Source of the DNA: Podarcis pityusensis
Taxonomy: Eukaryota
Direction: 5' to 3' (one strand)
Assembly: GCA_964106645.2 (NCBI GenBank)
Contig: OZ067041.1
Length of the DNA: 64,000 nt
Shown here: piece after piece, positions 37,480 to 48,242 of the stretch
Position numbering within the stretch: position 1 is the first letter of the stretch
Layout of the letters: every line of letters starts with the position of its first letter
Position numbers and translations under genes: made by a program
Notes under the pieces: model-generated
The model's input: the letters and a program-made list of their open reading frames with translations, nothing else
Told to the model about the DNA's origin: nothing
The model's database searches: none

Positions 37480-37618
37480 AGATAGGTAGCCGTGTTGGTC
37501 TGCCACAGTCAAAATAAAAAAATCCTTCCAGTAGCACCTTTAAGACCAACTAAGTTAGTTCTTGGTATGAGCTTTCGTGTGCAAGCACACTTCTTCAGAT
37601 ACACACTTCTTCAGATAC
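37480..37618 (-). mobile_element. Penelope-like element terminal fragment
   Basis: caga/ggtagccgtgttggtctg...gcacctt..agaccaactaagtt; partial tandem duplication acacttcttcagatac. Confidence 0.7.
37565..37602 (-). ncRNA. Minimal type I hammerhead ribozyme motif (Penelope-associated), intact core
   Basis: Minus strand gtat-CTGAAGA-a-gtgtg(cttg)cacac-GAAA-gcTC-atac: stem I, CUGANGA, stem II hairpin, GAAA, palindromic AGCU stem III, UC cleavage site. Confidence 0.7.
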
Positions 37619-38204
37619 TGGAATCAGATTTGCCACTAGGTGGAGACTTTTGTCTAACTTCTTTTATTTTAAACCTTGTTTTTCAATCTCCCAGAACCTG
37701 AAGATATATATTTTTAAAAAACTACTGTTGGCTGTCTTCTGACAATGCTATTCCTTTTGCTGTTACTGTCACTGCATGTGACAGGAATGGGTTGTGGCTA
37801 TAATCCAATCTTTTTTTGGCAAAGAAGTTGCCAACTGCTAGTTGAATGGAAAAGGATCAGATGGAAAGGGGAATACATACTGCTTTTCTCCAATAACCAT
37901 TCCTAATATCTTGTTTAGGCATTTCTTTTGAGCATATGGAGGAAGGTGAATCCCTTTGAACAAAACAGGAGATGAAATTAAGACTTGGCAGCAACACAGA
38001 CCTCTGAACTGATGACATGCCAGATTTTCCAAAGCTGCATTTTCATTGAAATTCTTACACACTCTCCTTAAATGTGAGCAGAACTTCTAGACAAACAATA
38101 GTATATCAAAGTTGCAAAAGCAGAGTAAAGCTGAGACAGCTCTATAGATAGCTGAACCTGTGGGGCTGTGCAAAGGCAGACCAGCTGATAAGAACATAAG
38201 CCTA

Positions 38205-38426
38205 CAGCTGCACCTTGGAAGTCGAACGGAATCTGTTGTGAAAGTCCGTTAGACTTCCAAAATGTTTGAAATCCAAATCACAGCTTCTGATTGGCTGCAG
38301 GAAGCTCCTGCAGCCAATCAGAAGCCTCACAGAAGCCCCACTGAACTTTCAGGTTCTTCCGGGTTTGTGGCATTTGGGAACAAAAATATCCAAGTTCCAG
38401 TGCGTTCGACAACCAAGGTACGACTG
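38205..38426. mobile_element. Tigger-like MITE
   Basis: TA|cagctgcaccttgg...ccaaggtacgactg|TA; internal palindrome gattggctgcagga..tcctgcagccaatc. Confidence 0.85.
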
Positions 38427-38713
38427 TATAAGAAGAGTCTACTGAATGAGGCCAGTGGCCCATTTTTCCAGCATCCTGGACAGAAATAATAAGAAAGGGG
38501 CAGAAATAAGAAAGGGTTCTGTATGGCCACCCTAGAAAACAAGGGGAAAAAAGAAACTGAGAGGAACAGGGGCTAAGGGTTGGTTGGGGCATTGTTCCAC
38601 CTTACACAACACAACCCCACTGGCTTTGATAAGTATTGGCAAACTCTAGCATTAAGTTCCAAAGATGGTTAATGTGGAGTGGTTCAGGGGAAAATTCAGT
38701 TGTTGCATCAGAA

Positions 38714-39036
38714 TGTCAGGGCTGGGCTATGGGCAGTAAGTCACAAGCTGGGAACTGGGAGTCTGGACTGAAGAGTGATCAGGGTCAAAGGGCAAACCAG
38801 GAAGAGCAAGACCAAAGAGCAGGATGTGAAACACAAGACACACGGGGGCTCAGGTGAACTTTGTTGCTCAAGCAAAACACCACTGGGACACGAAACCCTC
38901 TTATTCTCTTTCCTTCCCAGGATGAACCATTGTCCAGTCTGGCAGGCACAGCCAGTTCAGAGCAGAGAAAGGTTTTCATTGAGAGAATGCAGCTATGCAC
39001 TTTACCACATGGGGCAGTAGTCAGCAGTTGCTGACA
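38714..39036. mobile_element. Solo LTR (Gypsy-like)
   Basis: TGTCAG...CTGACA ends with perfect 5-bp TSD cagaa (38709..38713, 39037..39041). Confidence 0.8.
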
Positions 39037-40101
39037 CAGAAGCTGTACAAGCCACACATTTGAAGCACCTTTAAAACATTTCTCCCGTCAAAATCCTTTG
39101 AACAGTAGTTTACCCCTCAAAGAGGATTCTTTGGGAACTGGGAGCAGGTGAGGGTATTAGGACGATTGCCCCTGATGAACATAATGCTACCTGGTGACCA
39201 GATTTTTTTACTTGTCTGCTAAATTGTAGCTCCTGCCCATCACTCAGTCTCTGCTTTAGCTGGCAATTCAGTTCACTTGTCTCTTTTTATACCTAACCAT
39301 TTTTGCCAGTAAATCATGGTGTTACTGAGAGAGACTCTCAGAACCTATTGTTGATCTAATAGGGTTATTTTGTTTCTTGAAAGTATTTTTTAACCAGCTT
39401 TCCACTTTGATATGTATATCCATAATTTTGTTAAATGGACAGGCTCTTCACCCACGAATTCCCAACTCAGTTTTCATTGTAGCTCATATTCTCCATTTAT
39501 ATTTCACCCTTGGTATGCATTCTTTATCATTAACATATGTATTGAAAAAGATTTGGCTGAATAAAAAAAGCACAAACCAGAAGGAAAGCCCAACGGGGGA
39601 CTAGAAAAGACATGCTTGGGGAAAACATATCTTTATAATGAGCTGTGATCAGGAAACTTTGTAGTGTGAAGCATCATTTGGGAGAGATCAGAGTGGAAGG
39701 ATTAATTCAATTCTGGCCAAGTGCTTTACTCTTCTTGCTCCCACTTCTTCTATTTCCTCCGCACATTTTATGGAAAATTAATTTTGCACATGTTTCCAGC
39801 CTCTTATTCACAGACGAGTGTGACATAGTTCAGAAAACTGAGCTAAGAAACATCTTTAGGCTGTGAGATATATATGCCAAGTATAGTTGAATACTGAAAA
39901 ACAAAGGTTCTTTCTTGAATTTCTCCCCCCCCCCCCAATAAATTGGACAACCCCCCCCCCCCCGAATCTGACTTTGTACTCAGGTCTAGAATGTAAGCAT
40001 ATTCATTTTGTGAGCATCTCATTTTGAAGAAATCTCTACAGAGTGGAGTGGATGTCTTGTCTTATTTGAAAGGTAGTGAGAAATGGTCTTTATTGCCATA
40101 A

Positions 40102-40215
40102 GTAGCATGAGTTTGACCAAACTGCGGGAGGCAGTGGAAGACAGGAGTGCCTGGCGTGCTTTGGTCCATGGGGTCACAAAGAGTCAGACACGACTAAACG
40201 ACTAAACAACAACAA
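40102..40215 (+). mobile_element. BovB/RTE LINE 3' end
   Basis: ctggcgtgctttggtccatggggtcacaaagagtcagacacgactaaacgactaaacaacaacaa is the characteristic RTE-BovB 3' terminus with (CAA)n tail. Confidence 0.9.
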
Positions 40216-40592
40216 GGGACATGGGTGGCACTGTGGTCTAAATCACTGAGTCTCTTGGGCTTGCTGATCAGAAGGTCGGCAGTTTGAATCATTGCAATGG
40301 GGTGTGCTCCCGTTAATCTGTCCCAGCTTCTTCTGCCAACCTAGCAATTCAAAAGCACATCAGTGCAAGTAGATAAACAGATACTGCTGTGACGGGAAGG
40401 CAAATGGCGTTTCTGTGTGCTCTGGTTTCCATCACGGTGTTCCGTTGTGCCAGTAGTGGTTTAGTCATGCTGGCCACATGACCTGGAAAGCTGTCTGTGG
40501 ACAAACGCCGGCTCCCTTGGCCTGAAGCGAGATAAGCGCCACACCCCATAGTTGCCTTTGGCTGGACTTAACCATCCAGGGGTCCTTTACCT
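40216..40592 (+). mobile_element. Sauria SINE, full length, fused to the BovB tail
   Basis: Head gggacatgggtggcactgtgg, tail ggtcctttacctt; 13-bp TSD tttattgccataa flanks BovB+SINE together. Confidence 0.9.
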
Positions 40593-40701
40593 TTTATTGC
40601 CATAACACATAACACATAAACCCCTGTAACAATTATACGAACATATCAGGATTCTTTTGTTTTGTTTTGCCTTTAGAAATTGTTTATGAGTAATTTTACT
40701 G

Positions 40702-40835
40702 NNNNNNNNNNNNNNNNNNNNNNNNNNNNNNNNNNNNNNNNNNNNNNNNNNNNNNNNNNNNNNNNNNNNNNNNNNNNNNNNNNNNNNNNNNNNNNNNNNN
40801 NNNNNNNNNNNNNNNNNNNNNNNNNNNNNNNNNNN
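40702..40835. other. Assembly gap (134 N)
   Basis: Run of N. Confidence 1.
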
Positions 40836-42239
40836 GTTATTAACCCTTTCCCCTATACATCCTGCATGAGGGAGTCATAACACTTTATTCTGGTTCATTC
40901 CTATCACTATTGCTTTCAGCAGTCCTGTTTCATTCCTAATATATCTATATCTATGAGTCCTAGAAGATGGGGAAACCAACTATCTCTGTCCTAGTCTTAT
41001 GAGTTTCTGAGAGGCATCAAATAGTCTCCAAAAGTGTCCAAAGGGCTGGTGTAGATCAGCTCCTCATCTGCTCTGGTACAGGCTATTTCAATGTTCTTAA
41101 CAAATTACCTACTGCCTCTGAATCTCAAGGCCACAGAGGAAATAACTCTGGCTTGGAAATGGTGTCTAGAGCAGCCAGATGTTGGTCTTCTGTAGGGTGG
41201 GGCTTCCTTATTCAGGTTGCTGTTGCCTCTCTTGCAGTTTTGGCTCCTGGTGGCAGATTCAAGGGGCAGTAGGGGAGAAAGGTGTTTAAAGGTTTCCTCC
41301 AGTCCACAGATGTAGTAGCTGCTGCCAATCTCCTGGCTAGTTTTGGCAAATAGCTAATAAGGAACACGAAGGATCTAGAAACGAGCATTGTTCTTGCTTC
41401 TATTTGCAGCTTTGTTGGAGTGTCTCTTTCTCAGGCTTGTCAAATTCCCCAAGGATGCATTTCTCCCCTATAGCCTACAGATATTTAATCAGAGAAAATA
41501 CAAGTAACGGATAAGATTTTTCAGCAGGGTAGAAGAATGATGTAATTGTTTCATTTGAGCCTCTGAGTCTGGAGAGATTCATACTCGCTTTGATTGTGTT
41601 GAGTTGCTTGAATCATATGCAGGTGGGAAAGACTCTCTAATTTCCATATGGGAAGCCCTAGATAATGCGATTTAACCTAAGAAACAAAATAGAATCCACT
41701 CTCCCCTTCCTTCCTCCCTATGTGTCATGCTGTTTTTGATGGCTGGACTCCTACTCTTCTACCGTACATCTATGCTAAAAGTTAGAATTTATATAATGCC
41801 TTCCACACACACTGGGTTGTATTCAGCTAAATCCTACTTAGAGTAGAACCACTGAAATTAATGAGTCAAGTTAGTCACATCCATTAACTTCAATAGGCCT
41901 GCCTAGCATTGGATATCATCCATCCAGGATTGTCTACTTTGTCTGGCAGTCTGACTGATAGGATTCTAGGAAGAGAGGTGTTAGAAATGTGCTTTTCCTA
42001 AGAATGCTCTTGACATAGACTGGTTGTACAAACTGCAGACATTATCTCTCTGTTCCCCAGCACCAAAATATTCCCTTGTTAATTCTAAGACAGAGAGATA
42101 TAGCCACATGCCACATGCCCTATCACTTGTATTATGGTCTCCCCATATGAGATTTATACACTGGTGGTAGGATGCTGTGGTTGGGTGTTGAGTGGCAGCA
42201 TCTCCTGTGCTCTGTTGTGGTGACAATATAATCTTGGAG

Positions 42240-42366
42240 CAGTGCTATTTTTCTAGAAAAAGAGGTGCTAGAACTCACCATGAACACCTCCGTTGTTCTC
42301 TTAGAGTAGCAATGGCACCCACCTGAGAGGTGCTGGAACTGAGTTCCGGCTGGAAAAAACCCAGAC
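42240..42366. mobile_element. Short hAT-like MITE
   Basis: cagtgctatttttcta...ggaaaaaacccag; related partial copy at 24943..25010. Confidence 0.6.
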
Positions 42367-42438
42367 TTGGAGTAATTCACCCAATCACTTCCCCCTAAAT
42401 GAGATTTTATCCTTGAATGGTCTCATAATGGTATCATA

Positions 42439-42582
42439 AAGGTAAAGGTAAAGGGGCCCCTGACCATTAAGTCCAGTCGCAGACGACTCTGGGGTTGCAG
42501 CGCTCATCCTGCTTTACTGGCCAAAGGAGCAGGTGTTTGTCTGCAGACAGCTTCCGGATCATGTGGCCAGCATGACTAAGCA
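42439..42582 (-). mobile_element. Sauria SINE 3' fragment
   Basis: aaaggtaaaggtaaagg tail plus body to gcatgactaagc. Confidence 0.85.
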
Positions 42583-45101
42583 CCTCAAAATGGGTCTTTT
42601 AATGTGCATTCAGGGTGATTTTGTGCTTGACAGTATCAGGGGCATCTTGGAGTGGAATGACATTGTAAGACCAGTGAAGTCTTTTTATATATCCTGGCCC
42701 TGATGACTTTTCAGGCTCCACTCCCTGGTTGTGTATTCTAGGGCGTTAAAAGAGGCAGCTGTGGCCTGGAGCTTAACGCTCAGTCGACTCTCATGTCAGG
42801 TATGTCGCCTTCATTGGCACATTCACACTGAAGAGTGCAAGACCCAATTATTTTTTTTTAAAGAGTACAAGGCTGTTGGAGGTGAGTATGCTGGCCTGCG
42901 ACTCGGAGGCCGCAGTGTCTGAACCGGATCCAGGCCTAGGGGTCTCTGGCATCTTGGTCTAGGACTCTTTAGAGTTTTGGGGTTGTGGTCTCAAGTTCTG
43001 TGATGCTTCTTGGGCCCAGTTCCTCCTAATCATCACCACTTGCCTCTTGGCCTCTATGTCATAGCTGTCAACTTTTCCCTTTTCTTGCGAGGAATAAGGG
43101 AATTTCCCTTAAAAAAAGGGAAACATTGACCGCTATGCTCTATGTCTGGGTCACTGCTGGATTCTGGGATTGTGACCACACAGCCATTGCTGACTGAGCC
43201 ACTGGGACTGATGAAGTGGGAGTGCTCTACCATCATTGTGTGTGATGTGTGTGTGGCAACACAGGTGCATGTGTTAGGGATATCTCTTCATCATGATGAA
43301 TTAATTGGCTTCATCCAAGCTTGGATGGCACGAGGATGTAGCTGCCTGAGCAGGCCAGGATTAGTGGTGTTTCTAAGGACATTTGGGGGGGGGGGTGCCT
43401 GTCATTCTTACAAGGATTTTTTCTTTCTTTCTGGTTTTGTGTATCCCCGTTGTATCGTGGTGAGATTAATCTCCACATTCTCCTGGCATATAGGCTTGCT
43501 TTGTCCTGTTCTTGTGCCTTTTGTATGTTGTTTTTGGTCACCAGGCTTCCTAATATAGCTGTTCATTAGTTGTTAAAAGAAATACAATAGGCCTAATGTA
43601 GAGACAACAAATCTCTCTCTCTCTCTCTCTCATCTATCTATCTATCGGTTTAACTATAGATACTAATAATGTAGCTCTAGCTAGCATTTTAACTTTTGCT
43701 TTTTGACAAATATATGTGCATAACATTGAGTTTTGGTGCATGTCAAAAAAATAGCAGGGGAAAATACAAGGAAATGGACATGGAAGCATAATTTCAGGCA
43801 CCGCAAACTTGTGAATTTATTTGCATATATGCCCCATTAAAATCATTCTATTGTATTCACCACATGGGGATTTTAGCTTATTATGAGTAAATTGTTTCTG
43901 TTAAAGGTATATCAGGACATAGCAGACTAATTATAAAGGGATACCTAAATTCCCAGACTCAATTACATTCATGTGCACCAGTTATGCTTATTGATTTACA
44001 GCTCAATTCTATGGATTGTCTTAATTTTATTTCTTTAAGTTGCTTACTAAAGCTGCTGTAATGAACCCTTCAAGCATTTGGCCTAAACTTCATCTTATGC
44101 TTACAAAACACAACAGTATAAAGCTGCTTTGCCCTATTCACCAGGTACCCTTCTTTGTTCCAGAAGCAGTTCAACATATATCATATTCCATCTAAGTTTA
44201 TACACCAACATTTTATTATATGTGTTATATGACACAGAATGATAAACTCCAGCTGTGAGGGCCCACTCAGAATATAGTAGTTCCTCTGGGAATAACTAAA
44301 ATAGTGAAGCAGGCATATCATGAGCCGCTAAAAATCATAACCAAAACGGACTATTTAACCTGGCATTTCACAGGGACAAAGGCTCTCATGGGGGGGAGGT
44401 CATCATTAGCTGAATCATCTTCTCTTACTGTGTAGATTTGTGGAGACTGTTTAACTAATTATGGAGTCAATGGCTGTCAGTCTTTTCGTGCAAGTGTGCA
44501 TTTACGTGATTTGAAACCTGTGGTGTCATTATATCAAATTGCCTGGGATGCTTTTTTAATAGACTGATTATGCCAGTGGCTCACTTCTGAGGAGTCACGA
44601 TCTAATTATTGAAAATACATTTTGGATGACTGCAACACAAAATATAGGGCAGTGTTTATAAACAGGAAAAACATAGATGCCATACATTTACGGTTGTGTA
44701 TGGCTTTTGTAATGTATAAAGCTATAAAAATCATGTTACATTGGGATACAGTGCTACTCACAAACAAGCCCACTCTATATTTTGTCTGTGGTACATGTGG
44801 GTACTTCAAGTTATCAGTTTAGAAGTTAACTTTGTTTTGTAAAGGGAGCAAAGTCTATAGTTGACACACCAGTCCAATTCAGGGTGGATGTTAGGCTTCT
44901 GGTTTGTTACTCCAGTCTTATTAAAGTGCTCCTTCTCTCCCAAAACTAGTTGCTAACTATGACAATGTGTCCTCAGTTTTTAATATTTTATTCAGCTTGA
45001 ATTGTCCCCTAAGCAGGTACCAGTTATGAGCCAAGAAGCCTGAAGAATAATTGTCAGGAGATTGGCATAGGGGAGCCAGACAACTTTTGGTTGTGTTCAA
45101 C

Positions 45102-45243
45102 CAGTGCTTTTTTCTTTAAAAAAATGTTTAGGGGTACTCTCATTTTCCCACTCATAGTGACATACTGCCCCTCAATGAGGCCAAACTTAGATTCACAAAA
45201 TGTTTAGGGGTATGCGTGCCCCCCCCGCCAGAAAAAAGCACTG
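45102..45243. mobile_element. hAT MITE
   Basis: TIRs cagtgcttttttct / agaaaaaagcactg; perfect 8-bp TSD tgttcaac (45094..45101, 45244..45251). Confidence 0.92.
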
Positions 45244-45343
45244 TGTTCAACTAACTTTTACTCAGAGTAGTCCCATTGAAATTAATGGGCTAAGCCCCAC
45301 TGTACATTTAAAGCAGTATCATACTATTTTAAATAAATAAAAA

Positions 45344-45485
45344 TATCTGAAGAAGTGTTCATGCACATGAAAGCTTACACCCAGAACAAACTTAGTTGGT
45401 CTCTAAGGTGCTGCTGGACAATTTTATTTATTTATTTATTTATTTCGACTGTGTCACACCAACACGGCTACCTACCTGAATCTAG
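45344..45485 (+). mobile_element. Penelope-like terminal fragment with degraded hammerhead motif
   Basis: tat-CTGAAGA-agtgttcatgcacat-GAAA-gctta; reverse complement of the 37480 family. Confidence 0.65.
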
Positions 45486-46085
45486 AACTATTTTAAATAG
45501 TTAGTCTTCCCACAAAGAATCATGGGAACTGTAGTTTATTTAGGGTGATGGGATTTAGGAGACCCCTATTTCCCTCACATGGCTATCATTCAGAGAGTTC
45601 CCTGAAAAGAGGACCTGAATGTTCAGCACTGTGCAAATTGTAGCACTCCTAATGTACCTGCAGCTCACTGGTAGGGCATCTGTTTTGCAGGCAGAAAATC
45701 CCAAGTACAATTCTTGGCATCTCCAAGTCAGACTGGGAATGTCCCCTGTCTGACACCTGAAGAGCTGCTGCCAGTCTGTGTAGTCAGTATTGAGCTAGAT
45801 GGACCAAGGGTCTGACTCAGTATAAGGCAGTTTCTTATCTTCCTACTATCCTGCCCATAATTTTAAGATTCGCTTTACAGTCTCTCTTAGTGTGCTCGCC
45901 CCTTTAGTGAGGGAAATGTTCTTCTCTATGGTGACCCCATAAGCTATGGAATTCTTTTCCACAAGCCCTGCATCAAAATTCAGGTTTCACAGAAGGCCCT
46001 GAATACCATATCTTTTTCCAATTGACTTTCCAGGTGAGATGACTATGAGCTGCCTGCTGGTCTAGTTGAAAAAGTGAGAGAGTAG

Positions 46086-48242
46086 GACTTCCGGGACAGC
46101 GCCATCGGCAATGGCGGAGTTCCTCTGACAGAGAGGAACCCGCTCCGTGAAAATCGGGTCTTGCCGCCGCGGCGAAGGCGGAGACCCTTTAAAAATCCCA
46201 GGCGGAGGAAGCCTGGGAACGTGGGATTCGGCTGACACCAGGAGCGCCTCCCCTACTCGCAGGGAAACCCTTTTTCGGGGGTCCGAAGCGACGTGGGGTG
46301 AGCGGCGCGGTGTTTTGAATCAACCGCTACTTTTACGGAGTGAAGCCGCACAGCCGTTGCCGGAGAGCGCTGACTTTTTCCTGTGGACAATTGGACTCTA
46401 AACAAGTACCCGTGAGTAGAACGGAAAATTGGATTAAGTACTAAGAAATATTTTAATTTGGCACCGAAACGGGAAGGTTCTAAACAGGAAGTCCGCCTCC
46501 CGTTTTTTGTAAATAGATTGAAGCAAAAACTTTGTAAGCTAAAGTCTGGAAAGTCGTATATAAAGTTCTAAATTTCCTTCATTCATCACCATCAAAACCC
46601 CTCTTGGAAGCAGGAGAAAAGAGGGGGATTTTTGACTGTTTAAGCCTGCAGGAGAGAGAGTAAAGAAAGATAAATTTTCCACTGCCTCAAACCTGGGAAC
46701 GGGGTGTCAGAGACAGAAATTTATGGGGAAAGTTCATCTACTGTGAACGGAATGTCTTTTGACAGACAGTAAAAAAGAAAAAGAAAAAAAGAGAAATATA
46801 TTGATTCCAATGTTGCTTCTTGCAATCAAAAGAAACAAAGTATTTGAAAAGTGAAAGTAATTTTTCCTTGTTGGTCCTGTTTTTAAAAGATGGATACAAA
46901 TAGAAATTGTCTCCTCTAGAGGGAGCTTGTTAATTTGTTGCTGGAGCTGATCTGGGGACCTCACAGCTGTATGATTAGGATCGTGAGACCAGACTCTAAC
47001 CTTGGGGGGGGGGGGGAAGTGTTTACAAGAAGTCTTGGTGCTTGCTTTTTGCAAGACAAGTGCCTTGCTGGAGCAGATGCATGAGAAGATGGATTTGATG
47101 AGTGTTGCAGTTAAAAACTTTGGACAAACGGCGAATACCCATATGGAAACCATTCAGGAACCAGCTCAGGAATTTGTTTTGATAGGGCAAGCGCAAGGGC
47201 AGAAGAAAATGGAGGAGGTTGTTGTTGAATCTCAAATAACACAAATGGAGAGACCCGAGGCCTTGCAGGAGTATAAGCCGCTGTTCTTGAAGTTCGAATC
47301 TGGAGTGGACCAGGGGGGGTCTGGAGTTGTGAGAGCTCTTAATTTTGGAAAGACTTTAAAACATGCTTTTAAATACTTTCTGGATTACAGTGTTGACTGT
47401 GGGGAATGGGACTGTGGGGAATGGGCTGATCTGCTGAGGAGAGATGGAGATACTTTTGGATTGGAGTCCTCCCGAGACCTACCCCCCAATGAGAAAGGAA
47501 AGAAAACAAGAAAAAGATCAACAAAAGATAAAGTAAAGGGCAGGTACAAACAAGAAGAAGACCTGCAGAAGGGACATGGAAAAGATTTAAGAGCCTCGGA
47601 CATAAGAGCACCAGGTTGATGGATTAGATAGACGAGAAAGGACTGACAAAACCCGAGACCAGGAAGAAGAGATGATGGATGAAGATTGGAAGAAAGTTTC
47701 AAAATTTATCTAGAAAAGTATTGTAAAATTAATGAGTATTAGAAAAATGTTGGAATGAAATTATTTGGCTTTAGCAGAAATGTCAAAAAGAATTATGAAA
47801 GAATATGTTATGGCTAAAAGAATTTGGTATATATAAGTTTTAAGTTTTAGGGTTTTTTAGGTAAGATAAGGTTAAAATAGATTGAGGTAATTTAAATGAC
47901 AGAATATTGTGAAAGATGGAAAGGATTTGCTGAGATAATTAACAACTAGAATACAAAAAAGGGAGGTGTGAGGAGGTCGTTGAAATAAGTTAATGAAAGT
48001 TAAGGATTTGGGAATATTAGACTTGTTTTTTAATTGTTTGTTTATTTTTGTTTTTTGATCTAGATGTATTGTGTGTTTTGTTATTATTATTTTTTTACTT
48101 TGGTTTTTATTCATCTGTACTGTTTAATTGTTATGTTTATCTACCTCTTTCTCTCTTTTTCTCCCTCTCTTGTCTTTTCTTTCTTCTTTCTTTGTAACTT
48201 TAAAATTCTCAATAAACATCATTTTTAAAAAAAGAAAAAAAA
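46086..48242 (+). mobile_element. Non-autonomous L1 derivative (~2.16 kb, HAL1-like)
   Basis: CpG-rich 5' end similar to the L1 at 61543; degenerate ORF2 C-terminal remnant (47617..47741); AATAAA plus A-tail; 18-bp TSD gaaaaagtgagagagtag (46068..46085, 48243..48260); no EN or RT. Confidence 0.88.

Noticed and set aside
42731-43558. Possible exons or pseudogene (GAG|GTGAGT near 42880; several ORFs)
   Set aside because: No consistent frame or recognisable protein; cannot support.
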